64,000 bases of DNA from Takakia lepidozioides (taxonomy: Eukaryota; Plantae; Bryophyta): contig CM060731.1 of the NCBI GenBank assembly GCA_030704615.1, positions 79,980,001-80,044,000 on the forward strand. The letters are read 5' to 3'. The notes beneath the pieces were generated by a model. The model searched no databases. It was not told the DNA's origin and saw only the letters and a program-made list of their open reading frames with translations. Below are positions 36,342-49,400 of this stretch, in pieces; position 1 is the first letter of the stretch; every line of letters begins with the position of its first letter. Made by a program: the position numbers and the translations under genes.

Positions 36342-38464
36342 ATAAACTCCACGCCACATTCTATAGATGGTTTTCTACGAGGTCAGCCGGTGCACATAGC
36401 AAAACGGGTTGATATCAGGATGCACATTGGAGGGCTATCCAAAGAGTCAATGGATAGAATCTTTGGTCAACCCCATTTTGTATGATGTCAGTGAATAGCG
36501 AATGGGAAAGGGTTCATATGGAAAGTGGCCCTAAAGATTAAGTATTGTAACAGCATTGAAGGGGGGCTCGCGACGCTCGATAACCCCAAGGTCCAAAGTT
36601 TGCGACAAAAGTGTCGAGGCCCGATTTGTGATGGAAAACCGTCGCAAGTGGTTGTCTTGCGAAAGCTTTACATTGTAGCAGTTTACAATGAAGAGGACAT
36701 GTCAAAGAAGGACGATTATATCCAATTTGTCTAGTGGTCCTTTCTAGATGTAATATAGGACCTATTAGAAAAATATAAAGGTTTAAATGTATTGTGTAAG
36801 TACATATACAAACACACACACACATGTCAGATCTTATACTAATAACACAAGTTACATTGATGGGCTCTTTATACCTAAATTTTCATTATGTGATACTTGC
36901 ATATGTATGTGATTGTCAATTTTTTGCTTGTTTAATTCATATCAACATTATATAGTTGTACATCAATTTTTAGTAGGATCCAAATGAATATGCCATATGA
37001 TCATATACGCGATATATAATTCCAACACAGTTTTAACCAGTGTTGTTGTTCCGGTATTGGATTTTGCTCACATGCGAAAGATTGATATCACAATTTTACA
37101 AAGTTGTGCTACTAGTTCAATCGTTGTCCATAGAGTTGAAATAACCCATTCTCCAGTATTTTGTTTTTCCCATATTTGCATTATTAAAAATCTACCCTAA
37201 CCACAAATCTATACCAGTCCCTAAACCCAAAATGCACATACATTTTTGTAGTAACATAGGTAGCCGCCCCATTACATCTCTGGTAGGGGCTAGGCCACTT
37301 GCCATAATTCATATTAGTGGGGTGGGTCTTTGATACCCATGTTTAGAACCAGATTTATCCTCGCCGTACCTTAATTAACATGGGTACCAGAACTTATAAC
37401 ATAAAATATAAAAGGATGAAGCTGGTTATGATGTGAGTGTTAGATCCCTGCATTTTGAAGTGAGAAAGAGAGTGAGTACTCAGTTTTTTTCCGCTCACGT
37501 AGTGTATTATAAAGGTAGCGTTATGTTTTATTTTGATTCTTTGAATAGCGGTAATTTATTTATGCTTCTAAGAAATTTGTCTTGCGATTCTTGTTACTCC
37601 ACCTATTTTCCAGTAGTTTTCATAGCATCATCGACTTAATTTAATATTACAGTGTCTCTCAGGGTTTTTCCTCTTTTCTAATTGCCATTCAGTGCAGATT
37701 TATCGTGTTCATTGGGTGCAAGAAAATTTCAAAAGTAGGGTTTGGTGTGGTGGATGAGTCAGTTCATTTTCAAAATGAATTACAAGGCTTCTATCGCATT
37801 GATTTAAAATAGATAAAAAAACATAAATACATATATAAATAGCACCCTAAACTGAAGGCGTTAGATAACATTGACTGGAAGCGAACACATTGGGTGGCGC
37901 TATAGAAATAATTGGCATCAATGATAATTTTCTTTCTTGGATTATGATCATTCTTTCTTCTATTTAGGTCATTGTGAACAAAGGTGTAATTTATTCTTAA
38001 CGTCAAGTCTCACTTTAAATTTTACATTGCATAGTTTAATACCATAGTGATACGTAAGCTCTCAGGTCAGCTCTGGCGGTCCCAAATTCCAAATTTTAAA
38101 AATATTATATCATAAATTTAGGACTGCAAGATCTGATGGAACTCTCCATTTTCTGTTATATGGGGCCGCTAGCTTGAGACAGTTCTTATTTTTGTTTTTT
38201 TTTTGGACAAATTCGGGGTAGCCAAAGCTAGCCGTTTCAAACTTTTTATTTATTTTTCCGATATACAATCGGGACCGCCACAGCTCGCGGTCGTGACTTA
38301 TTTAAAATTATTTATATATGAAAAAACAAAACTGGATATGATTGAGACCTCCAGAGGTGGCGATCCCGATTTTCATTTTCATTTTTTCAATAAAATTCAG
38401 ACCGCCAGATCTTGCAGTTGGCGGTCCAGATTTCAGCCATAAGAACGAGTTAAAAAATATTAAA

Positions 38465-38695
38465 AGCAAATCGGTGAAGTAGAAATTGTTTTTTTTTAAT
38501 TGAACCACCAATTGCCCTGTTAGCCTTCCTACGCCCAACATGTTTTTGCAAGCTGTCCCACTTCGCCTTCACCCTCTGCCTCTGTGCATATAGTACATTT
38601 GACAGTGTGAAGGATGTCATCGTTGTCAAAACACATGTTAGCCCAAGGCAATTTTGCTGCGCAAGTATCTTCAAACTTCCGAGCTTTATCTTAAC
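38465..38695 (-). pseudogene. Transposase N-terminal zinc-finger remnant (probably hAT family)
   Basis: RKFEDTCAAKLPWA...VKCTIC...KWDSLQKHVGRRKA across a frameshift; adjacent GACCGCCA/TGGCGGTC repeated motifs at 38060-38430. Confidence 0.5.
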
Positions 38696-40429
38696 TATGC
38701 TGGTTGTTGTTGTTCGTATGAGGTGTACTGGGCAGATCTACAGGTAAGATCGTTAAATCACTTAAACAAATTACATCATCACGAAGTTGTTCTATTTCAC
38801 TTATGTGAATTGAAGGTCTACAAGATGATGTTGAGGCCAAATGACCAGATGTTTTAGAATTTTTACGGATAGAAATAACGAAACTTGTATGTTTGGGATA
38901 GTTGAGGAGACATTGTGATAGCAAGCAAGATAATACAAACACCACATTCAGCTCTCAGACCTAATCAAATACACAACTTGCACACACATGACCTGAACTT
39001 TGATTCTCTTATAAACTCTTGCTACACTAGTGTAGAACAAAAAAAATCATGGGAAAGAGGGGCTGCGCATAACTTCGGTGTACTCTTGCCCTTAGCACTA
39101 AATTAGAATTGTATGGGACACCGCTTCCACTCGACCTCCATAACTAGCCAAGATCGCAGCCCAGATTGCAACCATGAAGATCTTTCATAGCATAACTACC
39201 TACATTGTAACCCTAAACATATCGCAGATCGCAGTCCAGGAAGATCCTCCATAACGTAATTACATACATCCGTAACCCTAAACAGATCGCAGCCCAGGAA
39301 CATCGGCCTCCATAACATATTTATATACACTTGTAACCCAAAACTACCACCATCACCATGGCGAAAAGCTGTTATGCAATCTGGAATGGAAGTGGCGAGA
39401 GGGACCCAAGTTGAGAGCTTGGCGAAACCAAGGGCTGTGATGCGGCCGCATAACGATAATGAATGGTCAGGATGTGGCCCCTTGACGATAGGACATGGAC
39501 CCACGTATGGTTACGGTGGCGAATCGGTGGGCCCTTGATGGTGTGATCAGGCATAAGATATTGACGCTTTATGGCGAATTTTGGGCATTTTGACCCGCCT
39601 AATTCTTTTGTACAGTACCGTAGAGTCCTTCGATGTCCGGCGCATTGCTGCCGAATATTTAATTATTTCAGAGAAAGTAGGTCCGACACCTAAATTTAGA
39701 TTTTTACAATTTTTGAACAAGTTGGTTGGAAAGTTTTGGAACTTTATGATAATACTCGTATCTATTTCTCATATTTCGGCTAGGTAGTGGTAATTAAGTA
39801 AGATTCCAACATTAACCTTTCCCATCAAAATTATGAATGTAATGAAATCACCTGCAAGTAGTTAAGTAATTCGGCGGTGATAGCTGCTTGACTTTAGAGC
39901 TAAAACATGCTTCCAACAAATATCGCGGCGTAGTAATATTGCTACACGGTGGAGGTCTGCGTGTTTGCTGCGATGGCTAAGTGGCAGCCCGTCTCTTCTC
40001 TCTTTTCTCTTCTCTCGTCTCTCTTCTTTAGTACAGTGGATGGTGGATTTCGAGATATTAATTCTGAAGAAATTTAGGAACCATAGTCCTCTTTGCTATT
40101 GTACTTGCAAGAATTGCTTTACATAGATGGTTAAGATTACCGGCAAAATGCACATGTCCATTAAAGTTGAAAAAAAGCTTTGGTCTAGATTTTGCTGGGA
40201 TAAAGAAAAGAATGAAGTGTCACTGTTTTAGAAGTTCAGATGGCTTCCAAACTGGATGTGTAGGTTTAAATTAGTTGATTAGCATGATAATTTTTGGAAG
40301 TCTACCGATTACGGTATTGTCTCTGTTGCTACAAATCAAAATGTCAGACAAGCAAACATTGATCAGCTCATCTTTTTCTAAAATAGGCCGGAAATAATAT
40401 GCAATGAAACAACATCATTCAGCGAGTAG

Positions 40430-41500
40430 GGCCTTGCATTATCTTAGAGTTTATCACAAGAATCCAGGGCAGACAAATAGTCCTTATGATAAGCTTACTC
40501 GTGGGTCCTTGTATGAATAGTTCACAACTACATGAGAACTAAAGCCCAAGTTCCAGTTTGCTATTGATAGATGTACTGCATAAGTCCAAAAAGAGACCCA
40601 TTTTCAAGCCTTAGATAAGCATCCAGATTTAATAAATGAGTTGACTACTTTACTCAAAGGAATGAGAACAACATGACATATATTATTTGCTCATATTGTG
40701 CAACCCATCATTCGTGGTTTTTTAGATGTTCGAGCTCCAGATCTACTTGTGGACAATGGAACAAAGGGTGGCTTCAAAGTTACACTGAGGTGGACAAGGC
40801 TTTTCCTTAGATCCTACTTGAACTGAACCTATCGACGCAGTACTTCTAGTGCAGACAAATTACCAAAGGACTGGCAACAGCAAGGAACAAAAATTGCACA
40901 GCGACTGGCCTACTTGGTAAAGATATACAACATCCCAACATCTCTTGTGGTGGATTCTGACTAGACATGAATCCATCTAGTACCAACATGTGGTGAGCGC
41001 ACTTGAGAGACTAAAGGAGCTAGAATGGTTCATGTATTTGGCCAAGATGACAAAAGACAAATTACAGTAGTTGTATCATCATCTGCCAACGGGATTTTGT
41101 TGCCACTACAACTCATCTTTCAAGGAACCACTGACCGGACTCTACCACCCTGGAATGACGGACGTAAACAATGTGTAGCAGCAGGTTTTTATCTCACCTA
41201 CACCGACAACCATTGGTCATCACTAGAGACATGCATTCAGTTTGTAGATCGTGTCCTTCTACCTTACAGATAAGAACAACTTGGGATCTTGGGTCTACCA
41301 AATACTCAAAAGCTATTGTGGTTCATAGATTGCTGGTCCGTCCACAAAAGTGAGGAGTTCTTGTCTTTGATGAAGTCAGAATACCCACAAATCTTGCTGA
41401 TTTTCATCCCTGCGAACTGTACTGCTAAGCTTCAACCTACAGATGATTCTACAAAAGCCATTCAAAACTGCTTTCAGGGCGCAGTACAACAACGGGTCAA
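40430..41500 (+). pseudogene. pogo/Tigger-like (DDE_1) transposase remnant
   Basis: KLPKDWQQQG...YNIPTSLVVDSD*T...DDKRQITVVVSSSANGILLPLQLIFQG...NHWS...IDCWSVH...FIPANCTAKLQPTD; many stops. Confidence 0.85.
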
Positions 41501-41842
41501 GTTTAAGCATAAAAAATCAGGTTTTGGATAAAGTTACTCCTATGACATCCCAAAGTACACACACAATCTAACACCTAAACATGTCACAAACAACAATGCA
41601 CAAGGTCACTTAGGGATTCGACTTAGGAATGTTGGGGTGATTGCGATGAGCCCAAATCCCAACTCTCAAATCACAGGGCAGGCGTTGCGCCCACAACATT
41701 GCCCTAATTCTATCATGTGTGACAGACGGCTTGAACTAAAGTCACAAACCGTACCATGGCTTGGAAAAAATCCAAGAATGCCCCACACAATGGCCGTGCC
41801 ACATGCTGGCACGTGTAAATAAAGATGGGTACCTTAAACCTG

Positions 41843-42491
41843 CATAAATATTGATGGGTAGCAGTTTCTACCACTTTTTAGGTACCTTTTACTAGGCCTA
41901 AAAGGAGCGTTCAAATCACATGCTACCTATAAATATTTACGCAATGGCTCGGTCTGGGTACACGGTTTGCTGCAAGTTCATTTTTTTTGGCTTTTACCTT
42001 ATGCTACGTAAAGAACCCACACTAATACTCTGCTTGAAAACACAAAGAAAGAAAACCATCAGTGCTTTACGCCCATGGAATGACATCCGTGTTCAAGTTC
42101 TCTACAATGGATGCAACTTGTGGTGGATAGCCATTGAACAATATGCAACAACGAAAAGGTGCTATGTATACATTATGCATAGGACATTATGCATAGGAAC
42201 AGCAGCAGGTTGCGTCTACGTCTAAGTTGCGTTTGTGCGTTTGTTTCCACTGCCGCTCATGTGGTAGCCAGCAGCAGGTTACGTCTGTCTGCGTCTAAGT
42301 TGCATTTGTTTCCACTGCCGCTCATGTGGTAGCGCCCTTACATTATTCCTATTATCTTCCAATATTTATAGGTGGCAGTTTCTGGTTGCCCCCAAGCGAT
42401 AAAAAGGGGACGTGATTTGAATGCTCTTTTATGCCTACTAGTAAGGTACCTAAAAAGCGCCAGAAACTGCTACCTATCAAATATTTCCGTG
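41843..42491. mobile_element. MITE with ~80-bp imperfect TIRs
   Basis: aaatattgatgggtagcagtttct..tttttaggtacctt..ttcaaatcac inverted at ~42410-42490; internal ~65-bp direct repeat at 42200-42335; exact ends and TSD unresolved. Confidence 0.7.
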
Positions 42492-43311
42492 ATTGGCAGT
42501 GCCACATTTCTCACAACTGTCATCAATTCTGATTCTTTCCTTCCAATATAATGCCAACAACAGTGACGCATCAACACTCAGTCATGTAGCCTAATTGTCT
42601 TTGGCAATGCAAGTTTTTCGGGAATGTCCTTTGCAAGCACCAAGTAGTAAACACTCCCAAAAAGTACAGATTCATCCACTGCTATGCAATACCAGAAGAA
42701 TGCTGTAGGCTCAGCCACTTAAACCAGATTAGATCTGAAAATAAAACAGATGTATGAATAAGTGAGTACAAATTTCTGCCCATGTGAAGATATTAACATG
42801 CAACTTCAAGAATGATATGCTGCAAAGGTGCTTAGTCCATGACAACTTACTAACTACTTACAAATGCCTTACACTTACCTTGTGCTCTATTTGCCTATTC
42901 GAGGTCAGTGTGTGTACTCCCGTGCCCCAGACCAGCCCACCAACCAGACCTGAAAGAGTGAAACTGACTAATTTCCAAATGCCGGCATAACCCCTGCAAA
43001 ACAAGTTCAAATCACTAAAGTTAGTGCTAACTGAAGAGCCACCCTACGTTCAGATCTCATCTGATGCAACATGAGTTTGAGTGGTGCATGATGGTATGCT
43101 CATACTATAAACAGCAAGAAAATAAGGAGCAGAAGAGAGCACCAAATCTCACCTCAGGACGCCATGGGATTAGTCTAACTAACCCCGCATGGGATCATTT
43201 GGCAGTGTTATCTCTTCAAAGTGCCAAAGGAACCCAAGCTTACTATGGCACATGCTGTATCCCTTTCTTCCTCTGACCAGTCAACGACTATTCTTTTCGC
43301 TGCAGATAGTC

Positions 43312-44830
43312 TTTAGTGGCGAGGGCCACGCCGACCTTTGCTTCCCCCCCCAATTTCACCATCCCATACACATAGCCCAAAGAAGAGGGAGATCCAAATC
43401 AGGGCAGCCATGAAAATCTGTGTTGACATTTTCATGCGGTAAAATATGCCCCTCCATTCTGCAATGACCCCACAGACACCTCATGCATATCAGTTATCTG
43501 CAAAGAGATGCCAGCACTACACCACTTAATTGTTTGACTTCTGCTTCCAGTTTTAAGAGCAAGGCACTCCTCATACTTCACTGATGAATGTCTCAGTGCC
43601 GAAGTTCACCATCTACAAATTTCTCATTATTCTACCTGCTGTTTCATGCCAACCCTCCTCTCTGTGAGAACTGGCAATTGAAGGACGATCAGAAGTTTGA
43701 AAAGCGAAGGGAGCGCAAAAGGGCTATAAAATCTAACTTGAAAGCCACCACACAAAATGTAGTTCCTAAAATTTCCAAAAGCTTGGTTTGGCCTTTTCAA
43801 AAGGAAATGTTTTGTTGCCAGTGGATACACGAATTGAGCAGAAAACATAAAAAACTTGCCCTAGGAGGGGAGTTGATAAAGGAGACAAATTTGACAATCT
43901 AACTGGGTGAATCCTTGACAAGAGATTCTGTGGAGCCACTGACATATGTGGTATGCCAGCAAATTTAGAGACCATGAATTGCAGGTGGTATGATTGCTTG
44001 TGCATATTTATCCCAGAGATGGAAAATTTCAGCTCCTACTTTTTCTGCAAACATATTATCCTGAATTTGTAACGCTACACAGCCCATATGAGATTTGTCA
44101 AGCAAACATAGCCCCAGAAATTTGTTACAGGAAAGTTCAGTCCCAGCCCCACGAGGATAGCTCTCTGCATCCAGACTGCAATCACCTAGGGAAGCTAATC
44201 ACTCTGTTGCTGATGAGTTGAGATGAAATAATCCTTTCTGTCTTCTAAATCCTCCGCCATATGTAAGGGACTGTTGTAAGATTGCTAGATTCAATGTCAC
44301 AGACCTGAAATCAACATCCACATCGACGATGGGAAAGTTTTCTGTAAAGTCAGTGCCGTCCCGGAAACCCTCTTCCATGCAAGCAGAACATCTCTCTGGG
44401 TAGAAAAAGAGAGAGAGAGAGGGAGAATACCAGGCTTGTGTGAATCCGAGTCTGCTGGTTCCTTCTGCTCGCCGTTGTCTCCTTTCTCAGCATATCTGGT
44501 CACAGAGCGTGCGCCTCCAAACCCTAGGTTTCTTCCAATCTGATCTTGATTACAAAATGGCCTTGCAGCAGGAATAGAACAGGTAGCTTTCTTACACCCA
44601 GGGAGTCCTAAAGGTTTGCAAGGGATCCTGTCACTGTATGCACATAATCTTTGGTGATTTCCACTTATAGCATAAGCCTGCCGCGGCGTGCAACTAGTTC
44701 GGTTAAAAACAAACAATCGGGGGTGAACTAAATTTGACGTTACACATGCACAGCAAAAGGCTTTGTAATTTGATGGTGGTATTTGCTTCCATATGTCACA
44801 GAGGGATTTCGCGGCAGATAACATACTCAC
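43312..44830 (-). CDS. Probable small intron-containing gene of unknown function (transit-peptide-like N-terminus, hydrophobic C-terminus)
   Basis: ORF 44830-44430 with S/R/C-rich N-terminus ending at a GT donor; candidate last exon ag|..MKMSTQIFMAALIWISLLLWAMCMDG..RGPRH*; middle exons not resolved. Confidence 0.35.
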
Positions 44831-46408
44831 TGTGCGCCCCCCACCTTCTGTCTTGTTCAGTGATTATTCGAAGCTTTATGTGAGATCCTTGAAGGCACTC
44901 TTGAGACGAGCTATGTAGAATCTCTCCCCCTAAAAGTCTAGCCGTCACCAGACTCAAACACTTTCTCTGTACATTGCCAGCCAATCTCCACGATCTTAAT
45001 TACATCATTCTACCATCGTAATGTGAACATGACAAGGGAATTCTAACCAAACAGGAATGTTTCGGATTCCCGCAATCTTCACTTCGATCACCTTCTACAT
45101 TTAGGAACTGAGATGGGTGATCCTCTCTCCACCAAATCCTAACAAAAATCCCTTTGCCTCTTGAAATTGAGCTGCGTGATCCTTCCTTTACCGGAATTCC
45201 GAAACCCGCCCACTAAATCTTAACAGTAATCCCTTCGCTTGCTGCTTCACTTTTCCGAATCGGAGGAGGCAATCAAACCTGACGTGGCTGATACTGAGCC
45301 ATTCGATTCTTCCAATAACCCGCGCACACTCGCAGGGCAAATACTACATCTTGGCACACGTGTGACGTGAAGACTAGTCGTTGTGTGCGTCCTCCTGCTG
45401 AGCGATTCTGTTTCTGCTCTGTGAAGGGGCAGCGATGGATGTGGAATGGCCGGTGGGTGTGTTTCATTTGTGGGTCATTTGTGTTGGTGACTTTGCGAGC
45501 GGAATTCCTGATGGAAAGGACATTTTGAACGAAATATCTGGTTGGAAATTGGAATTCACTGCCAGCTGAGAGTCTATGAGTCCATCCCGGGTGTTGGAGG
45601 GAAATTCTGCTTCTCGAATACAACGCTGGCGTCAATGACAATCCAAGGGACTGTTTGCGCATTCGATTTGATTACACGGATGGGCAATGCTAATGAGGAG
45701 ATGGGTAACTCTGCTGATATGAAAATGAAGTTGAGGAATTCAACCTTGAAATTGCTTCTCCCTATACAAGTAGTGGAATACAACATGGATCAATGTCGCT
45801 TATGAGAAGCACATCTGGAGATTAGTCTCTTTCTGCCCAAGGAAATGTCGACGTCGATTCAACTCTACAGTCGTATGGGAAGTTTCGAGCTCTCAACTTT
45901 CTATGGATGATGATTAAGGTCAGGATTGATTTTCTCTCTGCACGCTTGGGCTCGGGTTTGGTTGGGTTTTCTGTAGGCTTTAAGGACAGCCGTACGCTTT
46001 CACTGAAGTACAAGGCCTAGATACAACTCCTGTGGATTAACAGATAATGTCTAGTTGCGTTTTCATGGTACACAAAATCTTCTATTGTTGTTCTTTTATT
46101 TACAATTGCGAGCTTGCAATTCATGCAAGTGGCCAGAGAGCTTGTGCTTGTCTCCGTTCTTCTATTCCGTGTTGCGAGATGAAATAATAAGAAACTTTTG
46201 CGGCTGGTTGACTACCTAGGGTTAACTTAACGTGAGCTACGTTTGCAACGAAACACTGACCAATAACTTACCTGTTTTATTGAAGGACCTTTTAATCTTT
46301 TCCAAACCTTGCACTACATTTCTAACGCACATGTCCCAGAATGTTCCTCATCCTGTGAACCGTGTTCAGGTCATATCACCGCTGTACAGGGATCCAGTCT
46401 TATTCACA

Positions 46409-49400
46409 CTATTTCTTCTTGTTAGCTGGCTTTTTGGCCCCCCCCTTCTTCTCGTCAGGGTCTTCTTCCACAGGCTTCGGAGGCTTGCCAAAATGCTGCA
46501 ACAGGTATTCCTCCTTATTGTAAGCTTAGGAACGTCCAAAATCTTACCTGTTTGGATTTGTACACCTGACCTCTGTGTTGGATTATAATGTACTAGTGAG
46601 GTTCACCTTTTATAATGAGGAAAGTCCAGTATTATCATCATCTAGTTGAAGCCACCACCAAATTGTTTGCTCACCTCTGATACAATTTTCCTGTTGTCCT
46701 TGAGGACATGCACACAATGTCAATGAAGGAGTTCTGTAGAGTCAAGTAGGAGCAAAGTTCTAAACCTTAGCTTGATCTGGAAATCATAATACAAATATGG
46801 TGTGGAGTTTTTATTTCATTTATACAGGTGTAGAGCATAGAGTACAAGAGCAGTGGCAGTTGACATACTCGGACAATGGTGTGAAGTGCAGTTTCAATGG
46901 GCTTGAATTTGAATAAATGGTTCACCAGCTCCTCTGGCACCAGTGGAACCCTTTTCACCTGGAAGTTGCATGTCTGGCTGAGAAAGAAAAAAATGAAATG
47001 GTACTTTATAACGTCCGCGGAAAACTCAAAGAGCTTATGGGACAAAATGGGAAAAACATGAGAGAGGAAACAAAACCAGAGCCAAAAAGCCAAAAAAAGA
47101 AATGAAATGGTGCTTTATAATCTGCGGGAAGCTCATAGAGCTTATGGGAATGAAAGAATGAAACTTCATCACGTCGGAGGAAAGTTCAAAGAGCTTACGG
47201 GATAAGAGAAAGCAAGATACAAGAAATGAAATGAAGTGAAATGGTACTTTATAAGAAGAGAGAGATTGAAAAGTCCAAGGTCTTCATGGGAAAGAAAGAG
47301 AGAGAGAAAGAAACTGTATAATGTCCATAGTACAAAGTAGAATTACAAAACAAAACTGAGAAAGAACACATCAAAGGACCCCAACTCTCACTTGGAGACA
47401 GAGTGCCTCATCCAGGTAGACTGCAAAGCACTTGAAGCTGCAGGACTCTGCCAGGGACGGGAAGCCTCTACAAAGAGAGAGCATTACCCCTGATCCGATA
47501 GTATGTGTTGCAGGGAAAATGAAATGATCCTGTGTTTATACTGGGCAGACCCTAGCCTCACGAGGTGTGCTAATCTGTAGTTTGTGAGAACCGACTGGAA
47601 AGGTAACCTAAGCCCTCCCAGTATGGGAGGACTGACCAGATAGGGAGGGGGGCATAATGTTGTGGTGAGGAAGGCATCTCTGTGGAATTGGTGTTTGGCT
47701 GATATCTGGTGTTCTCGTCTCTATGCTTGTTGCAAGGGAAAGACAGAAACAGAGAGAATGTACTCATAAGACGTTGTTTTCCGTAGCCTTGTGGCCATTG
47801 ACCCCGCACCCAGTTTGAGCGGAACACAGAAACATAGAATGTACTCATAAGACCTTGTTTGCCGTAGCCTTGTGGCCGTTGACTCCGCGCTCAGTTTGAG
47901 CGAAACACAAAGGGACAGAACCTACCTTTGTCAGGGGCTGATGCCGGTAGTAAGACTTACCTTGGAATAAACAATTGATCTGGGTTTTCCAGATATCCTC
48001 TAGAAATCCCTTCACACAAGCATCAGTCTGCTATGTGTGGTTTGCCCAATAACTAGGCCCCAAAAGGGCCTGGGCTTTTGGCTCAGCCTCGAGTCTTTCG
48101 AAGTTGGTAAACAGAGGTTCAGGCGCAATTCCCTTGATGGATTTGAAGAGGGCGTCTATCTGATAGACCCAGGACAATGAATCAGAAAATGAATATTGGG
48201 CAACCTAGACAGAGAGAGAGATTGTACTCATAAGACGTTGTTTGCCGTAGCCTTGTGGCCATTGACCCCGCGCCCAGTTTGAGCGGGAACAAAAGGGACA
48301 GAACCTACCTCTGTCAGGGGCTGACGTTGGTAGTAAGACTTACCTCCATATAAAGAATTAATCCGGGTTTTCCAGATATCCTCTAGAAATCCCTTCACAC
48401 AAGCATCAATCTGCTGTGTGTGATTTGCCCAAAAACTAGGCCTCAGGAGGGCCTGGGCTTTTGGCTCAGCCTCGAGACTTTCAAAGTTGGTGAACAGGGG
48501 TACAGGCACAATTCCCTTAATAGATTTGAAGAGAGCGTCTCTTTGGTGAGAGAACCCCGGACAGTGTATCAGAAAATGAATACTGTCTTCAGATTGCCCA
48601 CACAACGGGCAATTGCACTCTCCCTTTCCTCTCTGCTTCTGTTTGCTGTTCAAAGGTAGGCTTCCTGCCCTGAGTTTAAATTTCAGTCTAGTGCTGAGAG
48701 TGGGTAGACCCTTGAGGTCATCCAAGATGTCCTCCCCCATGTCACAGCCTGGAAACAAGTTCAGGGAAGTTATCTGCCTAACTTCATTTTCATCAGACAA
48801 TCTCATGGCAACAGACATGGCTGAGGACACTACAGCCTCTAAGTCAGATTTATCCAGCAGGGTCAAGACTTGCGGATCCAGGTCCAGGTCCTTGAGGATC
48901 TCTTCTACTCTCTTCTGCCAGGACTTAGCCTGTTTGACAGGGCGGTCCTGTTTCCAAGATATAGAGTCGATTAATTTAGGATATCTGGTGTTGGGCATAT
49001 GTTGCAGCTGACCCCACCATCTGACCTTGAATTCATCTTGTCGGGAGCTTAAGGACAGAATGCCAAACTCACCCCGAACAGCCACATTGGCTGTTTTGGA
49101 GCATGCTGACATACACTCCTTAAGCACCCCCACTTGAATGGATTCTAGAGACTTAGCCTGGTTGGAGTTATCAACCCATATAGCAGATCCGTACTCCAAG
49201 GCAGGTCTAATAACGCGACAAAGCATGGTTTTCTTAACCTCAGAGTTGACCCCTCTGCAGTGGAAAAATTTAGTGAGCCCCAGAGCTTTGCCCTTGCCAG
49301 TTTGAACAACTTTCCGGATATGTGCATCCCAATTACAATTGGAGGAGAACTCAACGCCCAGGTAAGTGTAGGAAGGGAGGACCGGGATCTCTTGGCTACC

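Noticed and set aside
45273-46013. Short ORFs between the two minus-strand genes
   Set aside because: No recognisable motifs or consistent splice structure
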